Origin: Octopus vulgaris
Lineage: Eukaryota
Direction of reading: 5' to 3'
Length of the DNA: 64,000 nucleotides
NCBI GenBank assembly: GCA_951406725.2
Contig: OX597814.1
Coordinates: forward strand, 162,006,001-162,070,000
The first letter of the stretch is position 1. Every line of letters starts with the position of its first letter. The notes beneath the pieces were generated by a model. That model had not been told where the DNA came from and searched no databases. It saw only the letters and a program-made list of their open reading frames with translations. Of the stretch, positions 12,642 through 24,789 are shown in pieces. The position numbers and the translations under genes were made by a program.

Positions 12642-15600
12642 TCATCATCATCATCATCATCGTTTAACGTCCGCTTTCCATGCTAGCATGGGTTGGACGG
12701 TTCAACTGGGGTCTGGGAAGCCCGAAGGCTGCACCAGGCCAGTCAGATGTGGCAGTGTTTCTACAGCTGGATGCCCTTCCTAACGCCAACCACTCCGAGA
12801 GTGTAGTGGGTGATTTTATGTGCCACCGACACAGGTGCCAGACGAGGCTGGCAGACGGCCACGCTCGGATGGTGTTTTTTATGTGCCACCGACACAGGTG
12901 CCAGACGAGGCTGGCAGACGGCCACGCTCGGATGGTGTTTTTTATGTGCCACCGACACAGGTGCCAGACGAGGCTGGCAGACGGCCACGCTCGGATGGTG
13001 TTTTCTTATGTGTCACCGACACAGGTGCTAGACGAGGCTGGCGGACGGCCACGCTCGGATGGTGTTTGTTACGTGCCCTCAGCACGGAGGCCAGTCATTG
13101 CGGTACTGGCTACGGTCACGTTCGGATGGTTTTCTTATGTGCCACCGGCACTGGTACCACAAGGATACAAATTCCATTGATGTTCATCTATTTTGATTTG
13201 GTTCGATTTGATTTGATACGATTCGATTCTCACTTGCCTCAACAGGTCTTCACAAGTGTCACAAGAAGGAAGGTATGCACAGGTGGACTGACTACGTCCC
13301 AGGTAGGGGCCACGGATTATGGCTTCACTAGTCTTGCCGGGTCTTCTCACGCACAGCATACTTCCATAGGTCTCGGTCTCTAGTCATTTCCATGGTGAGA
13401 CCTAACGTCCGAAGGTCGTGCTTCACCACCTCGTCCCAGGTTTTCCTGGGTCTACCTCTTCCACGGGTTCCCTCAACTGCTAGGGATTGGCACTTTCTCA
13501 CACACCTCTCTTCATCCATTCTCGCCACATGACCATACCAGCGCAATCGTCTCTCTTGCACACAACAACTGATGCTTCTTAGGTACAACATTTCTCTCAA
13601 GGTACTAACGCTCTGTCGAGTAAGTACACTGACATTACACATCCATCGGAGCATACTGGCTTCGTTCCTCACGAGCTTACGCATGTCCTCAGCAGTCACG
13701 GCCCATGTTTCACTGCCATGTAGCATAGCTGTTCGTACACATGCATCATACAGTCTGCCTTTTACTCTGAGCGAGAGGCCTTTAGTCACCAGCAGAGGTA
13801 AGAGCTCCCTAAACTTTGCCCAGGCTATTCTTATTCTAGCAGTTACACTTTCAGCGCACCCACCCCCACTACTGACTTGGTCACCTAGATAGCGGAAACT
13901 ATCAACTACTTCTAGTTTTTCCCCCGGAAAGTGACAGAAGTTGTTTTCTGCAGATTTTCGGAGGTCAGTGCTCCAGAGCACCTGCCACATACAAAAACTA
14001 TCTTCCCAGTTAGCCTACCTTTGACATTGCTGCACCTCTTATGTGTCCATAGCTTACACTGGGTACATCTTATAGAGTTTCTACCTACACCTTTTCTACA
14101 GATCGAGCAGGGCCATCTTCCTGATGATATTTGTGGGTTTTCTACCTTTCTACTTATTAGTACTTTGGTTTTAGCTAGGTTGACTCTAAGGCCCCTCGAT
14201 TCTAAACCCTCCTTCCACACCTGGAACTTCTCCTCCAGTTCTGATAGTGACTCAGCGATTAGAGCGAGGTCGTCAGCATAGAGGAGCTCCCAGGGGCAAC
14301 CTGTCTTGAATTCCTCCGTTATTGCCTGGAGGACTATGATAAATAGGAGGGGGCTGAGTACTGAACCCTGGTGGACCCCAACCTCTACTTTGAATTCTTC
14401 TGTGTACATGTTGCCAACTCTAACCTTACTTACGGCATCTCTGTACATGGCTTGCACAGCCCTCACCAGCCATTCATCTATCCCTAGTTTCCTCATTGAC
14501 CACCAGATGAGGGATCGGGGGACCCTATCAAAGGCTTTCTCCATGTCAACAAAAGCCAGGTACAGGGGCTTATCCTTGGCTAGGTATTTCTCCTGCAGCT
14601 GCCTTACCAGGAATATAGCATCAGTGGTGCTTTTCCCTGGGACAAACCCAAACTGCATCTCATCTAAACTAACTCTCTCTCTAATTAGTTGGGCTAAGAC
14701 CCTCTCCGTAACCTTCATTACCTGATCCAACAGCTTGATACCTCTGTAATTATTTGTATCCAGGGCATCACCTTTACCTTTGTAGCAGTTGACTAGTATG
14801 CTGCTACACCAGTCATTGGGTATGACTCCTTCGTGTATCACCTGGTTGACTATACGGGTGACTAGGTTATAGCCGACACTGCCAGATATTTTGAGCATCT
14901 CTGCAGTAATTCCTGATGGGCCTGGGGCTTTCCCTGTCTTCATGCTTCTAATTGCCTTAGCTACCACGGAACTATCAACTCGGATAGCTGGTCCCTCTGT
15001 TGGGTCAACATTTGGCAGACTCTCTTTATCCCATTCATTTTCTTTATTCAGCAAACTTTCATAGTGGCATCTCCAAACCTCTCTCTTTGCATCCTCATTT
15101 AGCGCAAGTGAACCATCATCCATGCGAACACACTTCTCTCCTACCACATCACGATTCTCTCTCACATACTGTCTTGCAACACGAAATACCTCAAGTCTTT
15201 CATCCTCACGGCTCAGAACATTGGCAAATTTTTTCTTATCCGCTTCCCCTCTGGCTATATAAACCTGTCTCCTAGCTTCCCTTTTGGCTGTCTGATACAA
15301 TTCCCTGCTACCACCGTTCTTCCAGTCCTTCCAAGCCTGTCTCTTTTGTCTAATAGCCCCGTCAACCACCGTGTTCCACCACCATGTTACTCTGGGTCGA
15401 GATGGTACTTTGCTCCATCCACAGATCTGGTCAGTAGCTGTCAGCAGATTGTCCCGTAGGAATCTCCAGTTGTCTTCCACATTAAGTGAAGCTATATCCC
15501 CTTCTATTTCGTCAGAGGCTTCGAGTAGTATGTCTCTAAATCTCTGTGCATTTGCAGGATCTTTAAGCTTCCAGACCCTTCTCCTCCAAGCTGGTCTTCT

Positions 15601-16209
15601 TCTGGGCGACCATTTAGCTCTGATCCTGAAGTCGCTAACTACTAATCTATGTTGGGGAGTACATTCTTCGCCTGGGAAGGTTTTGGCATTTATAATCAGC
15701 CCTCTTTCCCTTTTTCTGGCAAGGATGTAGTCAATCTGGCTGGTGTGTCTGCCAGAACGGTAGGTGACTAGGTGAGAGGTGGGTTTCCTGAAGTGGGTAT
15801 TGCAGACCATAAGGTCATTTGCATCGCAGAACTCCAGCAGCCTGGTTCCCTCCTCATTTCGAGAGCCAAAACCGTGGCCTCCATGGATGCCATGGAAGCC
15901 CCTGACATGTCGTCCAACATGTCCATTGAAATCACCTGCCACGAAGAGAAGGTCACTGTCATTTGTCAATGAGGTAGTCCGCAATAGGGTGTCATAGAAT
16001 TGGTCTTTTTGTCCTTCCGGTAGCCCTGGTTGAGGGGCATATGCCGAGATGATGGTAGCTGTCCTATGGTGAAGAACTAATCTAATTTTAATTACTCTGT
16101 CACTTATTCTGACTACCTCGATTACCTTACCTATCCATTTCTCCGCAAGAAGTATACCCACGCCCCCGACACCGTCAATGTTCCCTGCCCAGAAAATCTT
16201 GTACCTGTG
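12638..16209 (-). mobile_element. Young, slightly 5'-truncated RTE-clade LINE with structured 3' UTR and (GAT)n tail, inserted in (TA)n
   Basis: Continuous APE-RT coding, 3' UTR 12662-13327, (ATC)n at 12638-12661, (TA)n on both sides. Confidence 0.97.
13328..16209 (-). pseudogene. RTE ORF: APE endonuclease + RT with inserted PHD finger; single 1-nt deletion at ~13925
   Basis: AYAPQ, GDFNGHVG, SQIDYIL, QHRLV; NNYRGIKLL, QFGFVPG, FVDMEKAFD, GVHQGSVLSP, LYADDL; continues in -1 frame GEKLEVVDSFRYLG...RLRWYGHV..RGRGRPRKTW. Confidence 0.95.
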
Positions 16210-16221
16210 TTATATATATAT

Positions 16222-17038
16222 ATATAGCAGCATGCGTACACTTTGGTCTCTTATATGTAAGTACACATTTTTCTAAATCTTGTATGACTCTATTTCTGTC
16301 TATCAGCCCTTTCATGCTTATTTGTTCATTCCACTCTTTGTTCTTTTGTTCCCCCTTTCTCACATTTCTTTGCCTTCTCTTCTTAGTCACTTTCCCTCCA
16401 CTTTTCACTTCACTGTGTCCCTGTCCTTTTTTCTCGCCCCTCCTTAATTCTTCTGTCCCTCTGCTTCTACTTCTCTCTCTTCTCTTCCCACGTGACCGCC
16501 AGTCAGTCAAGCCTGTTCTTTCTTTCTTGGTCTGACCATTGCCCATGCAACATCGATATTCTTCCTTGTGTTTGTGAAATTTTTGTATCTCTGCCATAAG
16601 GATTCATTTCCACATGCACCAGCTTAATTCAATTCGTCCTTAGTCGAAAGACACCTGTTGTTATGTCCTGCTATTATTTTTATTGTATGTATTATTGTAT
16701 TTATATTTGTCTCGTTTTTTCCATCCTTGTTTTTGTATACATTCACTGCTTTCTTCCAAGGAATCTAATGCTCTTAGTTTAGTTTTTCCTTGGGGCTGGC
16801 CAGATTGGAGCGATCTCAAGAATGATCAGCTGAAATTGTGAGGATAATCTGGTGCTTGACTGAGGAAAGAAAACTTCAAATGGCCCATCCTTGTTTTCTT
16901 TGTATCGTCTATCTGGATATTTTGTTGTCCCTTTTTGTATCACCTAGCTCTCCTGATGTTTTGCGTTCTTGTCCCATTTTGTATGTATATATATATACAT
17001 AGCAGCGTACGTACATCTTGGTCTCATATATATATATG

Positions 17039-17040
<2 letters not shown>
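16222..17040. mobile_element. Non-coding repeat, probably PLE pLTR-related (related fragment at 32511-32650), bounded by ~35-bp imperfect direct repeats
   Basis: atctcaaga.t.atcag..gaaattgtgaggat.atc.ggt.cttgactga shared with 32513; atagcagc.t.cgtaca..ttggtctc.tatat at ~16224 and ~16999. Confidence 0.5.
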
Positions 17041-17086
<46 letters not shown>

Positions 17087-17331
17087 GCTCATAGACGAGA
17101 ATGAAATATTCTCTGCATAGAATATGCTTAGTAGCGTTCAAGAGGTCTAAACTTGAGCGGATAGAGAAGTAAATGTATGGATAAGCAAGTTGGGCAGGTC
17201 AAAATACAAAGTATATTAAATACATGAAATGTAATGTAATGTATGTTTACATACAAAAAATTCTATCTTTGAACTTCTTCCTGTCAACCCAAATGTAAGA
17301 TCTCTTCCCTGAAGATGAAGCCTAATCTCAT

Positions 17332-17398
17332 CTGATGATGGAATCAATCTACAAGCATTATTTTGAACCACCAACCACCCAGGAACAGCTGTTGGATT
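17332..17398 (+). ncRNA. Degenerate hammerhead relic
   Basis: CUGAUGA-UGG...CCA-GGA-ACAGCUGU; GAAA mutated and stem I lost. Confidence 0.4.
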
Positions 17399-17538
17399 TG
17401 TAATATTTTTCTTCAACCCCTTTAATTCTTGTTATTGTTTCTATTCTGTGTAAATCAGATTTCTTTGTATGTAAACTCACATACATTTTTTGTATTTCAT
17501 GTATTTAATATACTTTGTATTTTGATCTGCCTAACTTG

Positions 17539-17577
<39 letters not shown>

Positions 17578-17919
17578 TCCTCATAACCATTACCATAACC
17601 ATCTAACATTTGTTTTCCATGCTGGCATGGGTTGGATGGTTTGACAGGAGTTGACAAGCCTGAGTGTGGCATTGGCACAGGTGCACATTATGTGACACCA
17701 GAATGGAGGCTTTTTGCATGGTGCCAGCATGAGTGCTTTATCTGTCTGTCTGTCTATCTGTATGTATGTATGTTTGTATGTATGCACGTATGTATCTTGC
17801 TGATATAGCCAAACTAGCGAGTGGTTGAGTAGCCACTGCTGACAAGCCTACAACTAATAGGCAAAACTAGTCTAGTTCAGTAATCCTAGAGTTGTTCATG
17901 GGGTGGTTATTTCCCCTGT

Positions 17920-17972
<53 letters not shown>

Positions 17973-18202
17973 GTGCTTCATACAGCATTAAGAATTTTTA
18001 ACTCTTATCTCTTGCAATATAGTTGCTTTGGCATCCTCAGTCACAATTAACAACAATAAAATTTTTCCTTTGTGGTATTATATGCACCTAGCTGTTTATA
18101 TTAATTTTTCAATTCTTCCCAAGCCTCAAACTAATACGCCTCCTTGTTGTCTTCATCTTTTGTTTTCTGTAAATTTGAACTATGCATACATACATACATA
18201 CA

Positions 18203-18275
<73 letters not shown>

Positions 18276-18421
18276 GTATGTGTATTTTTTCAATGTATAC
18301 AAATAACATGGAAAAAATAAATAGATAGTTACCAGGGTAGCAAAAATTCACATAAGTGCCAAGGATGTTACAGGCATAAATTCCAGGGTTTAGTGAAATG
18401 TTTTAGAATAACATAGATAAC

Positions 18422-18770
18422 TTAAGAAATGGAGTTAAATGCAGGTGATATTCAAATCTTTATACTTCCAACATATGTTTCGAAGAAAGTATTGGTATTA
18501 TTCCTGAGGGAATAAAATGATGTAAAACAATGTAATCATCTCATCAGGGAAAAAGAGAAACAAAACACATCAATAAGCCATTTTAAGTGAGGTAATCACA
18601 TTCGGTTAAAATGGATTATTGATGTGTTTTGTTTCTCTTTTTTCCCTGATGAGATGATTACATTGTTTTACATCATTTTATTCCCTCAGGAATAATACCA
18701 ATGCTTTTTTCAAAACATATGTTGGAAGTATAAAGATTTGAATGACACCTGCGTTTAACTCCATTTCTTA
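18422..18770. repeat. Foldback palindrome of PLE pLTR, ~165-bp arms, one hammerhead per arm
   Basis: 18422-18585 is the reverse complement of ~18606-18770 with few mismatches; ~20-nt spacer. Confidence 0.9.
18466..18551 (-). ncRNA. Hammerhead with intact core, palindromic stem III and enlarged branched domain II
   Basis: UUCC-CUGAUGA-G...C-GAA-ACAUAUGU-U-GGAA; mirror copy at 18642-18727 (+) has G12A. Confidence 0.7.
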
Positions 18771-18809
18771 ATTTATGTATATGTATATATATATGCATAT
18801 GTAGGTACA

Positions 18810-20060
18810 CATGCATACAGTCCTCAGAAGAATTTCTAGAGATTTCAGAAGAAACCAATGAAGTAGGCATCATTTCTATATTAGATGTGGTAAGCTTGTT
18901 CACTGTCATTCCAATGACAGAAACAATAAAATTTATATTAGACAATATATACAAACAACCAAAAATAAAGTCACATATAAGACCAGTCAACATATGATTT
19001 ATGAAATGTACAACAGAAGAGTAAGTACCTTTACATTGCTCACAGGTCAATTTATATACATATAAAAAAAATGTTGAAGCCATGGGTTCTCTCTGGGGGA
19101 CTATTTTTGCAACATTCTGTCCTGCCACAATAGAGAACAAAGTAGTACCAAAACACAAACATATAATATAAACAGATATGTGGAAGATACAATTGTTGTG
19201 ATGGATATACTAGAATATATTGAGAAGTTAAAACAAGATTTCAAAAACAGCTTGGTACAAAAATTTAATGTCTTGGTAGTACAAACAGCATTCCATTTCT
19301 ATGTATAAAGATCCAAAGTGAAAAGAATAGACATATCATGTTCATGTACATCAAGCACACAAAAGAATGTATATATTTATATAGACTCTATATAATGGGT
19401 AGTACATCAAAACGCATATAATGAATACAGATTAGTCCTCAGACCAGATCAAATACCTTAAATCCAACATCAAACGATGGAAGATGCAATCCAGGCAAAC
19501 CAGAATTGGCTATAGGAATTATAGTGGTTAAGCTAATGAAAGTAAAATAAAAGATGGACAGGCAATTGTTAATAGCATCAAAGCATTTGTAAGTTAGTTT
19601 ACATGGAAACAATGAATGTTCATTCAGCTACAAAATGCCAGTGATAAAATTCCTACTTAGTAAATCATTGACATTCTTTTCCACAAGGAAAGTACTGTAT
19701 AAATAAATCTACATAATAAAGCAAACACTAATTAGCAAAGGATATTCTCACAGACTAGTAGACCAAGTCACATAAGAATATGGGCGCAAATGCTATGCGA
19801 CACTGCATCAAGCATTTCAAGACTCCTATTGTTACATTGGTCATACAAGTGTAACAATGTCTTGTAAACTCACCATGCACTTACAACAAGGAGTAATTTC
19901 AATATAGCATGCAATACAACATAAAACAACGAAATTAGATAGATTAATAGATAACACATCCATACTATACAGAATTCCTTGCAAAAGTAGATGACTAATT
20001 ATAGAAGCATTACTTGTAACATAGGGTAGTGCTCAGACACACAGACTACAAATACATGTC
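18810..20060 (+). mobile_element. Old PLE B, RT core and GIY-YIG (continuation of 9700-10407)
   Basis: SSEEFLE..LDVVSLFTVIPMTETIKFILDNIY, AMGS, NRYVEDT, CYIGHTSVTMSCKLTMHLQQG, LIIEALL. Confidence 0.8.
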
Positions 20061-20564
20061 ATAAACATAATAATTATGTGGCTAATGGTGTATAAATCTA
20101 ATGATCACATTTCAAATTCCAACAGTAACATCTTAAACAAATTTAGGTGATAAAATCTACAGAAATTACATTTGCCCACCATAAAAGTGACAGTTACACA
20201 TGCCTTTAACACTTTACATGTGAATAATGAGACTATCAAAGCTTAAAAATGCTGATCATATATTTAGGAACTTTATTGTTCCAAATGAACTGCAAGACAG
20301 TATATGGATGTAAGGATACAGAAAACCCTAATAACACATCAAAACTAGAGCATTGCCAAAGTTTTGATATGACCTAGGAGGAAAGCTGTTCTAGTCATAT
20401 ATGAATATACATTTGCATGTGTGTGTGAGTGTTTGTCTGCATGTGTGTATGTATGTATGTGTGTGTGTATACATATGTATATATACACACATATGTATGT
20501 CGCTCACTCTCTCTCTCCTCCTCTCTCTTTCTTTCTTTCTCTCTCTCCCTTATCTTTCTTTCTT

Positions 20565-20602
<38 letters not shown>

Positions 20603-20732
20603 GAGAGAGAGAGAGAAAAATGGAGAGAAAGAGAGAGATATGCACATATAAACATACACACACACACACACATATGCATATACGAATATGTGTATGTACA
20701 ATTATGCATGCATACATACATAAATACATATG

Positions 20733-20766
<34 letters not shown>

Positions 20767-21269
20767 TATGTACACACATACAGACACATATACATACATG
20801 CAAACATAAGTACATTAATACAAACATACAAATTATTTGCATTTATACTTATAAAGATTAGACTTAAACATCAGAACTGAAACATCACCAATTAAAGTTA
20901 TTTAAACAAATATATGATTTGCTCTAAATATTTACATAAATAAAAATTATCTAAATATACAAACTGATCACACCAGTATTTGCATATTATATCATAGGAT
21001 CAAAGATATGTGATGCATTAATGAAGGAACTGTCACTTCCATCTCCTTAGAAGATTTTTTTTTTTAATTTTCATTTAGTTATTCTGAGGATAATTGTAAA
21101 CAGTCATAACTTTTGCAGGTGTTCTCAGACTGATGAGATGGAAGCTTCATGGTCTGTATCTTTTCTGCTATTTACCTTTTAATTACTCCAGTCACTAGCA
21201 TATAGCCATACTGAGAGACCATCGTGGCTGAAGAAAATCAACCCCGCCACTTATTTTTTGTTAAGTCTT

Positions 21270-21425
21270 CAAACCAACCACATGGTTCCGGGTTCAGTCC
21301 CACTGTGTGGCACTTTGGGAAAGTGTCTTCTACTATAGCCTCAGGCTGACCAAAGCCTTTTGATGGGAATGTTCCACCAGTATTCCTTGTGAGTATTATT
21401 GTGAGTGGATTTGGGCCCATCGTAT
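21270..21425 (+). mobile_element. Abundant tRNA-derived SINE (other copies ~24585-24750 -, 30930-31270 +, 38405-38760 +, 43905-44070 +, 45300-45490 +, 46670-46785 -, 60311-60460 +, 62440-62610 -, 62752-62885 +, 63469-63720 +)
   Basis: Shared consensus gtggctgtgtggtaagaagcttgcttcccaaccacatggttcygggttcagtcccactg..ggcaccttgggcaagtgtcttctactatagcctc; A/B-box-like head. Confidence 0.85.
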
Positions 21426-21579
21426 ATATATATTATTAAAATAATGATGAAAAAAAGCAAAAAAATTCACAGTACAAATATAATTCAAGTAGAAGTTAGG
21501 TATTCAAGCAGTGATTAACCTGTGACCTAAAAGAGCAGGAATACTTTGTATGTGTGTATACATATATATAGATACACAG

Positions 21580-21614
<35 letters not shown>

Positions 21615-21615
21615 C

Positions 21616-21980
21616 AAAGACCTGTTGAGGCAAGCGAAGTCGATATAGAACCTCATCCAATGACAGGCACCCATGCCAACCCCCTTTGCTTGCGAAGACA
21701 TGTTGGGGCAAGCGAAATCAAAATCGAATTGAACCAGCCAGGACCCCTGGTCTGGTGGTACGTAAAAAGCACTATCCGACTCGTGGCCGATGCCAGCGCC
21801 GCCTCGACTGGCTTCCGTGCCAGTGGCACGTAAAATACACCAATCCGACCATGGCCGTTGCCAGCCTCGCCTGGCACCTGTGCAGGTGGGACGTAAAAAG
21901 CACCCACTACACTCACGGAGTGGTTGGCGTTAGGAAGGGCATCCAGCTGTAGAAACATTGCCAGATAAGACTGGAGCCTT
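21616..21980 (+). mobile_element. RTE 3' UTR copy of a diverged subfamily (other tails: 17570-17730 -, 23940-24247 -, 30660-30830 +, 32350-32443 +, 35140-35275 -, 45490-45580 -, 45681-45727 -, 57950-58000 +, 62015-62152 +)
   Basis: gtggttggcgttaggaagggcatccagctgtagaaac, and in the tail copies ccaacccatgcyagcatggaaa..ggacgttaaa(tga)n. Confidence 0.85.
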
Positions 21981-22232
21981 GTATATGTATATATATGTGT
22001 GTGTGTTTGTCCCCCCCCAACATCGCTTGACAACCAATACTGGTGTGTTTACATCCCCATAACTTAGGGGTTCAGCAAAAGGGACTGATAGAATAAGTAC
22101 TAGGTTACAAAGAATAAGTCCCGGGGTTGATTTGCTCGACTAAAGGCGATGCTTCAGCATGGCCGCAGTCAAATGACTGAAACAAAGACGCGCACATACA
22201 TAAAGACATATATACATACATCCATGCATGCA

Positions 22233-22605
22233 TACATTGATCCATTGATACATGCATATACACACATGAATATAGAAAATCCCTCTGTTATTGAATATGT
22301 ACACAAACATCAATACAAGGAATACTAGTAGAACATTCCCATCAAAACATCTTTCAAGTATAAATATTACAGGTTGGATATTGTTGTTTGGGACAGACAA
22401 GAAAAAACATGCACCATCATAGAGACCAGCTGTCCCGCTGATGTGAATAGTGTACATACATACATACATGCATACATACATACATACATACATACAAACA
22501 AAAATACCCTGTTGTTGATGTTGAAATTCCAATGAAGGGGCCTTGGATCTAGGTCAGAAACTGGTTCTTTCGCTATTGGCCAGAAATCTTGAAATAAACT
22601 GAATA
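22233..22605 (+). mobile_element. R4/Dong-like LINE 3' fragments (RLE part and 3' tail) in (TACA)n
   Basis: 22233-22449 nearly identical to 28616-28834; 22500-22605 matches the tail at 36615-36725. Confidence 0.7.
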
Positions 22606-22615
22606 ATGATATATG

Positions 22616-22647
<32 letters not shown>

Positions 22648-22731
22648 TGTATGTATGTATGTATGTATGTATGTATGTATGTATGTATGTATGTATGTGT
22701 GTGTGTATGTATGTATGTATGTATGTATGTA

Positions 22732-22798
<67 letters not shown>

Positions 22799-23561
22799 AT
22801 GTGTGTGTGTATGTATGTATGTATGTATGTATGTATGTATGTATGTATGTATGTATGTATGTATACATGAATGTATGTATGTATCTATATACATTATCGA
22901 ATGTGCATACTTAATGTATGTGATTTGACACAGTAGACATGACTTTCTTTTCATATACCAGGTGCTAAAACATCTGAAAGTCATAGACAGGTTTAGACAG
23001 CTCACCCCGAATGTACATACACATACATGTGTATATACATGTACATGCATGTATGTAAAACCCACCACAGGAAAACAACAACATTTGTGGCTTTTATTTT
23101 TACTTTTTATTTTTTGTTAATTAAAAAAATACCTTGGCAAATTAACTTAGGATTCCTCAATGACAATGTAGCCTTCATATAATTAAGGGATCTTCAGTCT
23201 AATGAGTAGCTAGCTGAGTACCTTGCATTTAGTAATTATTACATCAAAGGATCTGCTTCCTAGGAAACATATATAGCCGGGATTTTGCCTGTTTCCATAC
23301 TCTCAATTTGGATATTTATTCACATTCATAACAACTCAAGCTGCTAACCGTGAGTTATAAAAAAATTTTTCCAGCTTATTGAACTTCAATATGAGAAAGC
23401 CTAAAACCTTTAATACCAATAAATTGCTATTATTCCCGAACATTGTTTATTATACCTACCACAAGCTGCTTGAAGTTTACAACCTTTCTACACTTAGATC
23501 CTTGGATCTTATAATTACACCCCCCCCACACACACACAGATACATATGCACATGCACACAC

Positions 23562-23594
<33 letters not shown>

Positions 23595-24266
23595 TATCAT
23601 CACATATATGCACACCATATCTTGTGTGTACAGTTAGATGTACTACTGCTACTATTGCATTTAGAACTCTACGTAGATTATCATCACCCATTCTGCCTCC
23701 AGTATAGTTGTTTGATTACTTCTATACTTTGTAGTAATTCTTGTTATGTTATACTGAGCAAATATTGAAGAAATTATGATTAACACAGGTTTATATCATT
23801 TGTTCTCTATGTAAGTAACACACTTGTGGTTGTTCGGAATTTCTGCATTGGATGTTGCAGAAATCAGTTGATTTCTACAAATATAATGCCATAAAGTGTT
23901 CCCAGATGAAATACAGGCATGTACTTTATGGCCATGCCTCCATACCCTCTGCAAGCTTTGTTTTGTAGGTGTCAGTTCCACATAAAATGCACTCATGCCA
24001 CAAGTCCAATCGTGTTCGTGCCACATAAAATGCACTTGTGCTGGTGGCATGAAAAAAGCACCCAGCACACACTGTAAAGTGATCAGCATTAGAAAGGGCA
24101 TCAAGCCATAGAAACCATACCAAATCAGACAACTGGAACCTGAACAGCTCTCCAGCTGGTCAGCTCCTGTCAAACCATCCAGCCTATGCCAACATGTAAA
24201 GCAGACATTAAACAATGATGTTGATGATGATGATGATGATGATGATATGTAAGTGTGTGGAAACCT

Positions 24267-24343
<77 letters not shown>

Positions 24344-24428
24344 ATAAGATCATTAATTTAAAATAAAATAATGATTTTATCAAGTGGCCAGCATGGAAAA
24401 AATAACCTTCAATGGTAATAATTATTAC

Positions 24429-24562
24429 AAATTATAAATTAAGGTATCTACGAGATACCGCCATGATCTGACTCTATATGGACAATTAAGGTGGTTTTAG
24501 AGTCAGATCATGTCTGCTATTTTCAGCATTGTGGTATCTCATAGATACCCTAATTTATAATT
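24429..24562. repeat. Foldback palindrome next to (TA)n
   Basis: aattataaatta.ggtatcta.gagatacc and catgatctgactcta are mirrored by tagagtcagatcatg and ggtatctc.tagatacc.taatttataatt. Confidence 0.8.
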
Positions 24563-24789
24563 TATATATATATATATATATATGACAGGCTTCCACACAG
24601 TTTCTATCAACCAAGTTCATTCACAAGGCATTGGTCAGCCTGGGAGCTATAGTAGAAGCAACTTGGCCGAGGTGTCATGCAGTGTGACTGAACTCAAAGC
24701 CACATGGTTACAAAGCAAGCTTCCTAACTACACAGTCATGCCTGCACCTATATAACAATGTACTTAGAGTAAAATGTAGGCAGAGAGAT

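Noticed and set aside
12790-13160. CRISPR-like array, or HDV/pistol ribozyme reading of the 63-nt repeats
   Set aside because: No unique spacers or cas genes in this eukaryotic LINE UTR; the HDV nested double pseudoknot and pistol P2/P3 catalytic elements could not be built.
13905-13935. Programmed -1 frameshift at GGGGGAAAAAC before the stop in the RTE ORF
   Set aside because: In-frame phasing does not give a proper X XXY YYZ heptamer, RTEs have a single ORF, and a 1-nt homopolymer loss explains it.
13572-15997. Plus-strand ORFs overlapping the RTE, and ORFs across the 40.7-42.7 kb array
   Set aside because: Antisense or off-frame shadows of GC-richer element sequence with no recognisable domains.
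21126-21160. CTGATGA motif as a hammerhead (also 25076, 40205, 44302, 50287, 51343)
   Set aside because: No correctly placed GAAA and stem III; expected by chance.
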